Numbered from the stretch's first letter, positions 12,796 through 25,387 are shown. The stretch: DNA of 64,000 nucleotides from Stegostoma tigrinum (GCF_030684315.1 NC_081365.1:39206985-39270984), one strand, 5' to 3'. Made by a program: numbers and translations. Notes: a model not told the origin generated them from the sequence alone.

Positions 12796-12908
12796 ACATA
12801 CTGATATGCTCAGGCCAGATTTACACCAACTCCACTTTGATTATTGATTCTTTCTTATAATTGATTTACTGAAATACGTCAAATTCTATGTAATAATTTG
12901 AGGACATA

Positions 12909-13212
12909 TTTAGATTAGATTCCCTACAGTGTGGAAACAGGCCCTTTTGCCCAACAAGTACACACCACCCTTCAGAGCATCCCACCCAAACCCTTCCCCC
13001 TATAACCCACACACCCCTGAACACTACGGGCAATTTAGCATGGCCAATCCACCTAACCTGCACATCTTTGGACTGTGGGAGGAAACTGGAGGAAACCCGC
13101 GCAGACACGGGGAGAATGTGCAAACTCTACACAGTCACCCAAGTCTGGAATCGAGCCTGGGTCCCTGGTGCTGTGAGGCTGCAGTGCTAACCACTGAGCT
13201 ACCATGCCGCCC
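12909..13212 (-). mobile_element. tRNA-derived shark SINE (HE1-like), full length
   Basis: A box TAGCTCAGTGG, B box GGCTCGATTCC, CR1-type 3' tail ending (AATCT)n; homologous copies at 20408, 56106 and 57865. Confidence 0.85.
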
Positions 13213-13748
13213 TAATTTTTTTATTCAACATCACCCAATTGCTTGATGTTGAATAAAAAAAATTTACGTATGCAGTTTTTTCAAAATCTTCACTTGTAAA
13301 AATGCAGCATTCAGAAATTTGTCATTTGACAAGATACGTGATCAGTAGATGCCTAAAACTTATTCAATATTGTAAAAAAAATGCTTACACTTACAGATGT
13401 GCATAATGTATAAGGTAGTAAGTAGCTGAAAGGACTAATTGACATAACAAGATAAATTCCTCAGACTAGGACAAAGGACCATTCTTTGGAGGAGCTAACC
13501 AGCGTAATACTTACTGGTTGTTGTTCCAGTGTTAAATTTTGTGCAGCTAAACAGTAAGGTGTGTTTACTCTTAATTCTCACCTGAGTTCCGGCAACGGAC
13601 TATCATAATTAATACAGAAAGTGCTAGAGAAACCGAGCAGGTCTGGCAGCATTTATGGAACTGCAAACAGGGTTAACATTTGGAGTCTACAAAATGTGAG
13701 GCTGGATGAACACAGCAGGCCAAGCAGCATCTCAGGAGCACAAAAGCT

Positions 13749-13776
13749 GACGTTTCGGGCCTAGACCCTTCATCAG
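13749..13776 (-). ncRNA. Minimal hammerhead ribozyme core (PLE)
   Basis: Intact CTGATGA...GAAACGTC on minus strand. Confidence 0.75.
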
Positions 13777-15768
13777 AGGGATGGGGTGAGGGTTCTGGAA
13801 TAAATAGGGAGAGAGGGGGAGGCGGACCGAAGATGGAGAGAAAAGAAGATGGGTGGAGAGAGTATAGGTGGGGAGGTAGGGAGGGGATAGGTCAGTCCAG
13901 GGAAGACGGACAGGTCAAGGAGGTGGGATGAGGTTAGTAGGTAGATGGGGGTGCGGCTTGGGGTGGGAGGAAGGGATGGGTGAGAGGAAGAACAGGTTGG
14001 ACTGGTTTTGGGATGCAGTGGGTGGAGTGGAAGAGCTGGGCTGGTTGTGTGGTGCAGTAGGGGGAGGGGGCAAACTGGGCTGGTTTAGGGATGCAGTAGG
14101 GGAAGGGGAGATTTTGAAACAGGTGAAGTCCACATTGATACCATTAGGCTGCAGGGTTCCCAGGCGGAATATGAGTTGCTGTTCCTGCAACCTTCGGGTG
14201 GCATCATTGTGGCACTGCAGGAGGCCCATAATGGACATGTCATCTAAAGAATGGGAGGGGGAGTGGAAATGGTTTGCGACTGGGAGGTGCAGTAGTTTGT
14301 TGCGAACTGAGCGGAGGTGTTCTGCAAAGCGGTCTCCAAGCCTCCGCTTGGTTTCCCCAATGTAGAGGAAGCCACACCCGTTACAGTGGATGCAGTATAC
14401 CACATTGGCAGATGTGCAGGTGAACCTCTGCTTAATGTGGAATGTTATCTTGGGGCCTGGGATGGGGGTGAGGGAGGAGGTGTGGGGACAAGTGTAGCAT
14501 TTCCTGCGGTTGCAGGGGAAGGTGCCGGGTGTGGTGGGGTTGGAGGGCAGTGTGGAGCAAACAAGGGAGTCACGGAGAGAGTGGTCTCTCCGGAAAGCAG
14601 ACAGGGGGTGGGGATGGAAAAATGTCTTGGGTGGTGGGGTCGGATTGTAGACATTTCACTCCCGCACACCCCAGATGTCCAAATTCTTCAAGGACCGCAA
14701 CTTTCCCCCCACAGTGATCGAGAACGCCCTCGACCGCGTCTCCCATATTTCCCGCAACACGTCCCTCACACCCCGCCCCCGCCACAACCGCCCAAAGAGG
14801 ATCCCCCTCGTTCTCACACACCACCCCACCAACTTCCGGATACAACGCATCATCCTCAGACACTTCGGCCATCTACAATCTGACCCCACCACCCAAGACA
14901 TTTTTCCATCCCTACCCCTGTCTGCTTTCCGGAGAGACCACTCTCTCCGTGACTCCCTTGTTCGCTCCACACTGCCCTCCAACCCCACCACACTCGGCAC
15001 CTTCCCCTGCAACCGTAGGAAATGCTACACTTGCCCCCACACCTCCCCCCTCACCCCCATCCCAGGCCCCAAGATGACATTCCACACTAAGCAGAGGTTC
15101 ACCTGCACATCTGCCAATGTGGTATACTGCATCCACTGTACCCGGTGTGGCTTCCTCTACATTGGGGAAACCAAGCGGAGGCTTGGACACCGCTTTGCAG
15201 AACACCTCCGTTCAGTTCGCAACAAACTACTGCAGCTCCCAGTCGCAAACCATTTCCACTCCCCCTCCCATTCTTTAGATGACATGTCCATTATGGGCCT
15301 CCTGCAGTGCCACAATGATGCCACCCGAAGGTTGCAGGAACAGCAACTCATATTCCGCCTGGGAACCCTGCAGCCTAATGGTATCAATGTGGACTTCACC
15401 AGTTTCAAAATCTCCCCTTCCCCAACTGCATCCCTAAACCAGCCCAGTTCGTCCCCTCCCCCCACTGCACCACACAACCAGCCCAGCTCTTCCACTCCAC
15501 CCGCTGCATCCCAAAACCAGTCCAACCTGTCTCCGCCTCCCTAACCTGTTCTTCCTCTCACCCATCCCTTCCTCCCACCCCAAGCCGCACCCCCATCTAC
15601 CTACTAACCTCATCCCACCTCCTTGACCTGTCCGTCTTCCCTGGACTGACCTATCCCCTCCCTACCTCCCCACCTATACTCTCTCCACCCATCTTCTTTT
15701 CTCTCCATCTTCGGTCCGCCTCCCCCTCTCTCCCTATTTATTCCAGAACCCTCACCCCATCCCCCACT

Positions 15769-15796
15769 CTGATGAAGGGTCTAGGCCCGAAACGTC
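15769..15796 (+). ncRNA. Minimal hammerhead ribozyme core (PLE)
   Basis: CTGATGAAGGGTCTAGGCCCGAAACGTC. Confidence 0.75.
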
Positions 15797-17682
15797 AGCT
15801 TTTGTGCTCCTGAGATGCTGCTTGGCCTGCTGTGTTCATCCAGCCTCACATTTTGTTGTCTTGGATTCTCCAGCATCTGCAGTTCCCATTATCTCTAACA
15901 TTTTGAGTCTGATATGACTGGATGTTCTGAAGGACAAAGCTCCAAAGACGAGTCATATCAAACTCAACATGTTAGCAGTGTTTCTCTCTCCACAGATGCT
16001 GCCAGACTTAACTGAGTTTCTTCAGCACTTTCCACTTGTATTTCAGGACGCCAACACTGCAGGACATTGCTTTCATCAGATGTAGTGCAACTACCTCTTG
16101 CATACCATGTATTAAATCCCTTCTGTTAAACAAGACCAAGCCCATCTTCTGCTGAAGACTTTATGTGGTCTTCCTTTTATGCTTGGTGTCAGTAACTTAG
16201 ACCAATACCAGTAAGAAGGACTGGTGGCAGTGAATCAGCCACGTGGTTTCAATGATCACAACCAAAACACATGCCAGATAAAATAATTAACTAATGTAAA
16301 ACAGCATTGACATATGGAAAAGAAAATAAGCAAAATACATACTTGCTCTTAATGGTGACAGAGGTTTAAACTGCTCTTAGTTTTGTAAGACATACTGTAT
16401 CATGAACCAGCAGATAGGAAATGTATTTAAAGAAACAGCACATGAATCATTAAAGAACAGCTGATTTCTTTTTCCTTCAGTCCTATTTTCTTACAGCAAA
16501 ATTGATCTCGGATATTTGTTTTGTCTTTAAATTTATTTTTCTCACTAAATCTGGACTTGCTGTTTTTGGATCTAACAATTAATTGTTGTCTAACTGTTAA
16601 CTATTTATTTGACATTAAAACAAAAGCCTAATACAAACTCCTTAACCTCCCAAATAATTTTTTGTTTTGCATTCGATTGATCAAAGGAGCTGATGTAATT
16701 GCATGGAACATAATAGGAAGGGGGTATTATCAATTTCACTGATAATCCAAGTAAATGTCTCAACTACTGACTGAGAGGCACTGGGATCTCGCTCCTCTAA
16801 AACCCATGCCAATTTTACTTCACTCATATTGCTGCTTTTCCCTGTCATGCTTGAGGCTGTCCCTCTGAGTGACCCAAACAAATCTCTTTTACAAAGGTGA
16901 TGTCCACTACCAGGCCCGATCGAATACTGAGGTACATGTTGCATATCTGAGAGGAACAACTTGATATTCTTAATTGCCTTGTGGATCTTATCCCATCAGT
17001 GCTGGACAGTTCCCTGATTTAACATTCACACTACCACTAGCTATAGCTCTTGTCTGGCTAGCCAAGTTGTTGGCAAAATCCTTTGTCCATTAAAAATATG
17101 CATAAATATAGAGACAGTAAAATGTTTAATCATTCAGTAAATGAAACATTAATTGTAAACAACCTAACCAACCATACATAACACAATTTCCTATGGAATG
17201 GGGACCCAGATCTGGCTTCTCCAAACCTGTACACACCATCAAGCCTGGAAAGCAACAGCGTTCTTTCTATCTAAATAAAGAAAACTGTGTGACTTCTTTA
17301 TATCATGCTCTTCTATAGTTTCTTTTTTCCCGCAGAAGGCAACTGAAGTTTTACTACCACCTAAGAGTTCAAATTGATTGCTAAAGTGAGATCAGAGGCC
17401 TGGGGCTTTCCAAGCCAAACTTGTATTTCAGTTCACAAGCTGTAACTTTGTGGGCAATAGACTTTGATGCTCTAATCCTGCTGCAATAAAAATCCAAACA
17501 GTATTATAAACACTTTCATGTTTCACCTTCTTTCAACTCCACATATCTCCACTTACTTTATTTGTGTGAACCTACCTTTATAATATACTGCAACATCCCT
17601 GTTCTTGAAAGTGATCCTCTATAACATTACTAGTGCTACTGAAGACATAACCTTTGAAAATATAATTCATATCTATTCTAAT

Positions 17683-17907
17683 TAAAAACTGAAAGAACTC
17701 CGGATGCTGTAAATCAGGAACAAGAACAAAATTGCTGGAAAAGCCCATTGGGTCTTGCAGCATCTGTGAAGGAAAAAAACAGTTAACGTTTTGGGTCCAG
17801 TGACCTGGTTCTGAGGAAGGATCACTGAACCCAAAACGTTAATTCTGTTTTTTCCTTCACAGATGCTGCCAGACCTATCAGGTTTTTCCAGCAACTTTGT
17901 CTTTGTT
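17683..17907. mobile_element. Miniature PLE fold-back (older family)
   Basis: Inverted arms centred near 17805, decayed hammerhead ctgaggaaggatcactgaacccaaaacgtt; TSD core tatctattct at 17670-17679 and 17910-17919. Confidence 0.8.
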
Positions 17908-18595
17908 GGTATCTATTCTGTCTATGTTTTATTTCTAATGAAGTCAAACGAGTACAGCAAAGACATATCAACAATAACTATCAAGAAATACTCAACACAT
18001 TGAGATTGCTTTCTCAGAAAAGGAAAAACTAAAGGCGCTGAAGTGAGATCTTTAAGATTCTGTGGGGGTTGATAGGACAGAGTAGATGTTTCCACTAACA
18101 GGATAATAAACTTGTTTGCTGAATGGTTTGAAAGTTGAATATTCGATCTCGTGAAGTACTTGAGATGAATAGTACAGATGCTATTAAATGGAAGCTAACT
18201 AAATTCACAATGTAGAGAACAACAGAAGGATATCCTGATCAATGTAGATGAAACAAGATGAGAGGAGATTCATGTGGAACCTAAAATCTAGCATAGACCA
18301 GATGGGCTGAATGATTTGTGTTTGTGAAATAAATTCAACTCTCAAAATAACAAATATTTTGCAAAATCTGCTGTTACAAAGCCAAACAAACTGAATTTCA
18401 AATCCTGGAAAAATTAAGCAAAGGAAAAATATGCTAAAGTACACAGCATAATAATCAGTTTCCATGAGACTTTAATAACAGACAGAAAACAATCCCTGTA
18501 AATTTTATGTAACAAATTTAGAATTACTGTATTGGTTTCTTAAAATGACATCCATGAGATCACTAAAACATCTGCAAGCTGGTTAAATTTCCATA

Positions 18596-19336
18596 ACAAA
18601 AGAACTGAAAGAACTGTGGATGCTAGAAATCAGAAACAAAAACTGAAATTGCCAAAAAAAGACAGCAGGCCTGGCAGCATCTATGGAGAGAAATCCGAAT
18701 TAATGTTTCGAGTCCAGTGATCCTTCTTCAGAACTAATGGTAGCGAGGAGAAGTTTGATTTTCATGCAGAAGATAGAGTGGGATGAGGGAGGAGAAATGA
18801 ATGATAGGTGGAGGTAGAGCCCAAAGAGAGAGGAAGAACTGTTGGACTGTCAAAGAAATAGATAGGGGTCAATTTGGGAGAATGAATAACTGCTGATGGA
18901 AATTATTAGTGGCTGATAATGGATTGTATGTGGCAGCAGCCTATGTGATGACAAGGCATGGCGTGTGGGGATGGGGAAAGCATGGGGGAAAGTACTCAAG
19001 CCCTGAAATTGTTGAACTTGAAGTGAAATCTAGAGAAATGAGGTGCAGTTCTTACAGCTTGCGCTGAGCTTCTCTGGAATAGCTGAGACAGACATGTTGG
19101 CCAGGGAATAGGGTGATGTGTTGAAATGGCAGGCAACTGGAAGCTATGGGTCCTTTTGTGGACCGAACTCTGTCTGCACTTTGTTTCTCCAATGTAGAGG
19201 AGACCACACTATGAGCAGTGAATACTGTAGACTGGATTAAATGTGCTTCACGTGGAAGGTGTATTTGGAACCTTGGATAGTGAGGAGGAAGGAAGTAAAT
19301 GGGCAGGTGTTAAACCTTCTGCTATTGCGGGGAAGG
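18596..19336 (-). mobile_element. Older PLE 3' portion with GIY-YIG remnant
   Basis: ttgtttctccaatgtagagg = LYIGET on minus; terminus like 17683 and 34697. Confidence 0.78.
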
Positions 19337-19796
19337 GTTAAATTTCCATGGATGTTTTCCCAATCATAAATGTAATTCTCCTTGATTGAAATAATTATGG
19401 TGGACAATTGCGAGAACTCTATGATGTAACTGGCAAATAAATGTACCAGCAAGCGGGACTAGTAAAAACATCCATTTACAAATAGTTCTGTCCAATTTAT
19501 TCATCTCATTTAGTATAATCTGATTTTACCTGCTAGTCTGAATGAAAGCTAATTTGCCTCAACAGCGTAACCCTGTATAATTGAGTCATAAGGTTGAGCG
19601 ACTTTATTTATTGTGAACATGCTAAAGATTAAAATTTGGAAAAATCAGTAACTTAATTGGGTCAAACTGGTACCGTGTGTTGTGCCTTAAACAATAATTT
19701 CAAATTATTATAGCAAAGGTGGACGGAGTGGATGGATTGAACAACCTTGGCTTGGAACAATGAGCTTATGTTCATCAAGTATTGAAAGTACAGAAT

Positions 19797-19815
19797 GTTC
19801 CACTAGGTGGCATCA
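19797..19815 (+). promoter_or_regulatory. Candidate CTCF binding site
   Basis: CCACTAGGTGGCA matches the CTCF core CCASYAGRKGGCR, in non-repeat sequence; motif only. Confidence 0.45.
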
Positions 19816-19848
19816 TCGCCTAACTTTTCACATCCACTGGAAAACCTG

Positions 19849-19943
19849 TTTGTGCTCCTGAGATGCTGCTTGGCCTGCTGTGTTCATCCAGCTTCACACT
19901 TTATTATCTTGGATTCTCCAGCATCTGCAGTTCCCATTATCTC
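19849..19943 (+). mobile_element. PLE extreme 3' terminal fragment (~95 bp)
   Basis: Near-identical to 15801-15895. Confidence 0.88.
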
Positions 19944-20407
19944 TTAAGTAAGGCACGTTCGGTATCTTTGAGATTAGATAATACTGTGTTGTGTTTCTGG
20001 CAATACATCAAGGATTATGGATGTTATACATCAAATTAGCAATGCTAGAAATCTGAAATGAAAAGAAAAACATTCTGGAAACACTCAGCAGCTTAGAGAG
20101 GAGCTTCAGCAGAGAGAGGGAGAACATTAATATTTCAGGAGCTGGAAGATGAATCCTATCTCTCTGCACGGATGCTGCATGACCTACCCTAATGTATTAA
20201 CATCAGGTGATCTGGAAGTGCAGGAAAGGGTTATGGGTGAGAGAATAGTGCAGCGTAGGAGATGGCTGAGTCTCAGAATGTAGTTATGTTATGAAGGAAG
20301 GATTCCCACACTGGAGAAGTTAGTTGCAGGAACATCAGCAGAATGATCTTAGCACAAAGCGACATTGAAGTTTTTGTTTGTGGGAGGACTGGGATAGTTC
20401 TAACTTT

Positions 20408-20717
20408 GAATCAGAGAATCCCTGCAGTGTGGAAACAGGCCCTTTGGCCCACACCAATCCTTGGAGCATCCCACCCAGACCCATCCCCCTCCAACCCAGC
20501 TGAGCTACTTATCCCTGAACACTACAGAAAATTTAGCATGGCGGATCCACCTACCCTGCACATTTTTGGACTGTGGGGTGGAAACTGGAGCACACGGAGG
20601 AAACCCATGCAGACACGGGGAGAATGTGCAAACTCCACACAGATAGTCGTCTGAGAGTGGTATCGAACCCAAGACCTGGTGCTGTGAGGCTGCAGTGCTA
20701 ACCACTGAGCCACCGTC
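20408..20717 (-). mobile_element. tRNA-derived shark SINE (HE1-like)
   Basis: A box TGGCTCAGTGG, B box GGTTCGATACC; homologous to 12909-13212. Confidence 0.85.
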
Positions 20718-21082
20718 TCACCTCTTTTTGAGCAGGCCAAAGGAGGAATAGTCGAATCAATTTTGAATATTGGAGGGGAGAGTGGTTGGAATCTGGAGAG
20801 GGAATATCCTGGAGTGAGGAAGGGTTTGGAGCATTGAGGGGATTAAAGTTGCAGCAATGTAGTAGGGTGTACTGACTAACAGTCTGGAAGGGAGGTTCTG
20901 AAGTTTTTTTTTAACAAGTTAAATACCAGTCAAACTTGGAAATAACTGATGGGAACAAATTTTACTGGTTCCTTTCAGGAGATCATTTGATCCTAATGTT
21001 CATCATATTTCTGCATATTCCTATCAAATTTATCCACACTCTGTTTATCCCAATCAGATAATTACATTCTACACAGACATTT

Positions 21083-21530
21083 CCTCTTGGGGACCCTGCA
21101 GCCTTCTGGTCTGATATTGAGTGCAATAATTTTAGGCCCAGAGCACCTTCTCCCATGTCCTTACCCCAACCCTTGTATGTAGGCTTGTCATTCATTTGGG
21201 CTGCCACCACAAGCAACCCATTGTCAGCCAAAAATAGTCACTAATAACAGCTATTCATTCTCCAAGGTTGATTTTTACCCTTTCCTTCATCTGTCAAACT
21301 GTTTTTCTCTGTCTCTGATCGCCATCTCCACCTATCATTTACTCCTTCCTCCACCTCCCACCTCTCCTCTAGCATATATATTGACTTTTTCCTAGCCACA
21401 ATCAGTTCTGAAGAAAGGTCACTGGACCTGAAACATTATCTCTTTGCAGATCTTGCCAGGCCTGCTGAGATTTTCCAACAATTTCTATTTTTATTTGATT
21501 TCCTGCGTGCACAGTTCTTTGGGTTTTTAT
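21083..21530 (+). mobile_element. Older PLE 3' fragment
   Basis: LGTLQP remnant, decayed hammerhead ctgaagaaaggtcactggacctgaaac; reverse-complement similarity to 18596-19060. Confidence 0.75.
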
Positions 21531-22167
21531 TTTTTGTCTTTAAGTTCTACCTTGAAGAATTTCAGGCGTAAACTTTGAAAGGCTCTGGAAAAGCATGATG
21601 CTAGCTGGCAGCAGATCCTATCAGAAAGGGCTGCAAAGATTGTAATGGATAAGAGCAATATCCTCAAGTATTGACTGTTTCATGGTTTATACCCTGCCTT
21701 CTGGCAGCCCCCTCAGCTGCTGATTAACCACCTTCAAATATTTCTCCCTGCAGTAGAAACTGGTGATAGTGGTTAAAAACGTGAGCAACCCTAAACTCTC
21801 ATCATCAATGTTAAAAAGCAACCTAAGCACTGAGATCTATACAGTATCACCTCGCACCAAGTGTTGAGAAATGCAAACCTGTCAATTTTCTATTGAATGC
21901 ACATTACCTGGGTTTGGTTTCATGGGAACGACAGTCGCTGCTATATCTCATCCAACCTGTCCATCACTGCTTCAAGCATGAAGTTACCAAATCTACTCCC
22001 ATTATCTTTCAACATCCACTAACAGAATCCCGATTTGTCAGCAGTCACTGCCCAGTAAGTTAGAAGAGAGAAAATCATCACGTTTTCTTTCTCATGTTAA
22101 GAGACAACAGGCTGGGTTAATTCCCATTAGTCAATACGTATCAATTGTTGCCAAATTTATCAATTGT

Positions 22168-22375
22168 AAACATAGAAAATAAGAGTAGAAGAAAGGATTC
22201 AGCCCTTCAGACTCATTCTGCCATTTGACATGATTATGGCTGATCATCCAAACCCAGGACCCTTTCCTGCTTTCTCCCCATACATTTTGATCCCTTTAAC
22301 CCCAAGAACTATATCTAGCTCTTTCTTAAAAAGTGTTCAGTATTTGACCACAATCTCTTTTTGTGGCGGAAAATT
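22168..22375 (-). mobile_element. CR1 3' tail fragment
   Basis: Reverse-complement similarity to 47900-48112. Confidence 0.7.
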
Positions 22376-24008
22376 GAAATGGTTAACATATTCCTTTATG
22401 TTTAGTCTAAGCAATTTGCATCATTCTGATGCTATATCATTATCCTGAGTATAATATTTAACAATGTTCTGCCAGAGACAGTGATTACAGAAGCAGCAGT
22501 CTGCAGCATCTTTCCCAGGCAGAGGTTTGCATTTGATCTCATTCTCAGAGTCATGCAGAGAAGCAGCCCTTTATACCATTCAGTTTGACACTTTGTTGTG
22601 TCAAGACCCTCTCATTTTTTCCACTTGCTTTCCATCCTTGCCCAGTGATTACATGGGTTATTCTGAACCTTAATCATTTTTGTGGTGAGTAGCATCACAC
22701 ACTTTGCAAACCAAGAAGGCTAAAGTGGTGGAAGAAAGCAGGTCAATTTTTTTGAGTCTATTATTGTAGTAAAATGCATCTCTGAAAAAGAAAAGTACAT
22801 ACAGAGAAAAGAGCAGCATGCAAGGTTTATGGTTTTGCAATTTCAGAAAAATGGGTAATGATTAAGAAACTCAACTTTTTTATTCTCTAATTTTTAATTC
22901 ATTTAATATATCAATGATACTGACTGTTGTAGCAGTTGGGGGATTTAGCAATAATCAAGGAAAGGGTGCTAGAGAGCAGAAAGAATTAGGCAGTGCCTGC
23001 AGTTTTTCAAATGACAGAGGACCAGTTTGAATGGTACTGCTCTCCACATGTAGATTTTACAAGACTGTAATTCTGGAGTTGATAAGACCTCCAGCCAGGG
23101 AGATTAATGTGACAAACTGTACATTTCAATCCGTGTTTAAAGTAGTATTTTGCATGGCTATAAATAACACTGTGGGTTAAAACCTAAAGCCACATAAGAT
23201 CAGCCTTACGCGTGGCATTATTTCTGAGGAGAATGAGGATGATTGGATAATTTCCCTATTAGTTATGCATGGAGACTTTGTTGCTCTAAGTGAGTCAAAG
23301 TGCTTTTATGCTCATTTATTTAATTTGTAAGCATTCACTCACTGTGCAATGTTGGAAAATGATTGCTTTGATTTGGAGAAATTGCAGTTTCCTGTAGTTC
23401 ACAGAGGCTTTTTAAAAAAATATACACTTTAAATTGCTGTTGGAAGTTGTTCCCTTAGTCCCATCCTGTCTTCAACTCATAGGCTGACTTAATGGGTAGG
23501 ATTACTCGCTTGGTGCTGGTCTGCTGTCAAAAAATCTGGCATGAAACACATCCTTACCAAGATCAGAGCCTTGCAGTCACTTATTACTTGGTGAAATATT
23601 AATTGGCCAGGGGTGGAACTTACACCCTTCATTCAAAAATAAATCACGCAGGCAATTAACAGCTACTATGAAGTGAGCATTGTCTCTGGCAGGTTATTTG
23701 TGCCTGATGCAGAAATGCTTATGTTAGCTGCCGTAAACCAAGAAATGATTATGGTAATGTGATATTGAAAAATTCACAAGACCAAGAGTATCTTCATCTT
23801 GATGTAGGTTGGGTAATTGGCTGAGTGCATCAGGAATAATCATCATGGAACCTGCCTTAAAACTCACTTCAAAGTCACATTCTTGTAAATTGGCTAGAAG
23901 ACGCTGCAAATGTGGTAGACCATTCATGAGTGGTTAATGGAATACCATTTTTAGTGCTGAATAATCTTTCACTGGTGAATTTCTAAAGGAATAATTAGGT
24001 ATGAAACT

Positions 24009-24536
24009 AGCGAGTTTGGAGAAGATTTGTAGCTCAGGTTGAGGTTCTGGATGTGAGTTTGCTCGCTGAGCTGGAAGGTTAGTTTTCTGACGTTTCGTCA
24101 CCATTCTAGGTAACATCATCAGTGAGCCTCCGACGAAGCGCAGGTGTTATGTCCCGCTTTCTATTTATCTGGTTAGGTTTCCTTGGGTTGGTGATGTCAT
24201 TTCCTGTTCTTTTTCTCAGGGGATGGTAGATTGGCTCCAAGTCAATGTGTTTGTTGATGGAATTCCGGTTGGAATGCCATGCTTCCAGGAATTCCTAGAA
24301 GCATGGCATTCCAACCGGAATTCCATCAACAAACACATTGACTTGGAGCCAATCTACCATCCACTGAGAAAAAGAACAGGAAATGACATCACCAACCCAA
24401 GGAAACCTAACCAGATAAATAGAAAGCGGGACATAACACCAGTGCTTCGTCGGAGGCTCACTGATGATGTTACCTAGAATGGTGACGAAACGTCTGAAAA
24501 CTAACCTTCCAGCTCAGCGAGCAAACTCACATCCAG
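24009..24536. mobile_element. Second-family (Penelope/Poseidon-type) PLE fold-back: 245 bp arms with no spacer
   Basis: Palindrome 24047-24536 centred in GGAA|TTCC (24291/24292), ~5 mismatches; encodes EFLEAWHSNRNSINKHIDLEPIY (GIY-YIG C-terminus); 12 bp TSD aggtatgaaact at 23997-24008 and 24535-24546. Confidence 0.9.
24461..24494 (+). ncRNA. Minimal hammerhead ribozyme core (mirror copy 24089-24122 on minus)
   Basis: tca-CTGATGA-t-GTTACC tagaat GGTGAC-GAAA-CGTC-tga: 6 bp helix II, 3 bp helix I. Confidence 0.8.
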
Positions 24537-25387
24537 GTATGAAACTGTGTTATACCAAATTCCAGAGCTAATGTTTTGAGCTCTATAACTACTTGGTTTG
24601 CACAGGTGACAATGCTTTCAAAAAAAAATCAATAGCCATCTCATTTTGCATAAGATGCACACCTAGGCCTTTCTGTGATGCCTCCACTTTGAGAATTGTA
24701 AATTTTATGGGGTTGATGTTTTGCAGCAAGGTTTTATTGATTTACCCTCCTTGAGAGAATCAAAGGTCTGTCGGTAGTCAGCTTGTTAAGCGTAAGTGAC
24801 ACCCTTCTTCAGCACGTCTCTCAGTGGAGCTCTCTTCTCACAATGTTAGGAACGTATGGTGAGAGGAAGTTGAAAAATCTAAAGCAGTGTTGTGGATCCC
24901 ATTTATCTTGTGCAGTCAGCGTTTGTTTAACATTTTTAATCTTTCTAGGATCAGGATGTACTTGAAAGTTTGAGTACACCTGGCCACAGCTACAAAGATG
25001 TCTATCTGGCTGATGTTGGTCTGACACTTAATGCTGCTAAATACTAATACATTTCATGCAATGTGCCGTCTTTAGGTGAAGGTTATGGTTGTGCTTTGCC
25101 TTTCTTTAATCCATTACCATGACATCATCAACTGTGCAAACACAGCCAAGTTCATTTCCAATAATCCTTTCCATGTGTTATTGCAACAGATACTGGTAGC
25201 TCAACCGGTACCCTTTGAAAGCAGCACCGCTCAAGTGCCCCCCCCAGTTATCATGAACTACTGGGATTCTTCTGCTAAGTGGATGAACCAGTGGCAATGT
25301 TTCTCATCTAACCTGGCTTTGGAAATTTTAAGATTTAATTCTTCTAATGTCTGTAATGGTGCCATGAAGCTATATCAATTTGCTTGG

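Larger units (their letters stand above)
13689..15895. mobile_element. Penelope-like (Neptune-type) fold-back insertion: inverted arm 13689-14651, forward 5'-truncated copy 14652-15895
   Basis: ORF 14675-15544 has a CNRRKCYTC linker and GIY-YIG endonuclease VVYCIHCTRCGFLYIGETKRRL; ~960 bp inverted arms; 15 bp TSD taacattt(g/t)gagtct at 13674-13688 and 15896-15910. Confidence 0.95.
13610..16075. mobile_element. Older miniature PLE-derived palindrome (13610-13688 + 15896-16075) split by a younger PLE
   Basis: gtgctagagaaaccgagcaggtctggcagcat... pairs with ...atgctgccagacttaactgagtttcttcagcac; same style as 17683-17907. Confidence 0.65.

Noticed and set aside
12909-13212. tRNA genes suggested by A/B boxes (also 20408, 56106)
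   Set aside because: Heads of multi-copy SINEs continuing into body and LINE-derived tail; no complete cloverleaf
13928-15525. Recurrent antisense ORFs such as MDWFWDAVGG... and MQGKVPGVVGLEG... (also at 5343, 30277, 30823, 50205)
   Set aside because: Reverse frames of the C-rich PLE sequence; recurrence reflects copy number only
16681-16959. 92 aa minus-strand ORF and similar short ORFs (9140, 39970, 63489)
   Set aside because: No motifs or convincing splice context; length expected by chance
17576-17651. Exon-like segment on minus strand (aaAG ... AG|GTAGGT)
   Set aside because: Stop codons in all three frames; no homology
17683-17907. Short palindromes (also 52012, 54426) as DNA-transposon MITEs or miRNA hairpins
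   Set aside because: Arms are PLE 3' ends with hammerhead remnants and asymmetric termini, not TIRs
5023-24536. Palindromes as long-read fold-back artefacts
   Set aside because: Flanking TSDs, inter-arm differences and correct resumption of host elements indicate real insertions; read check still advisable
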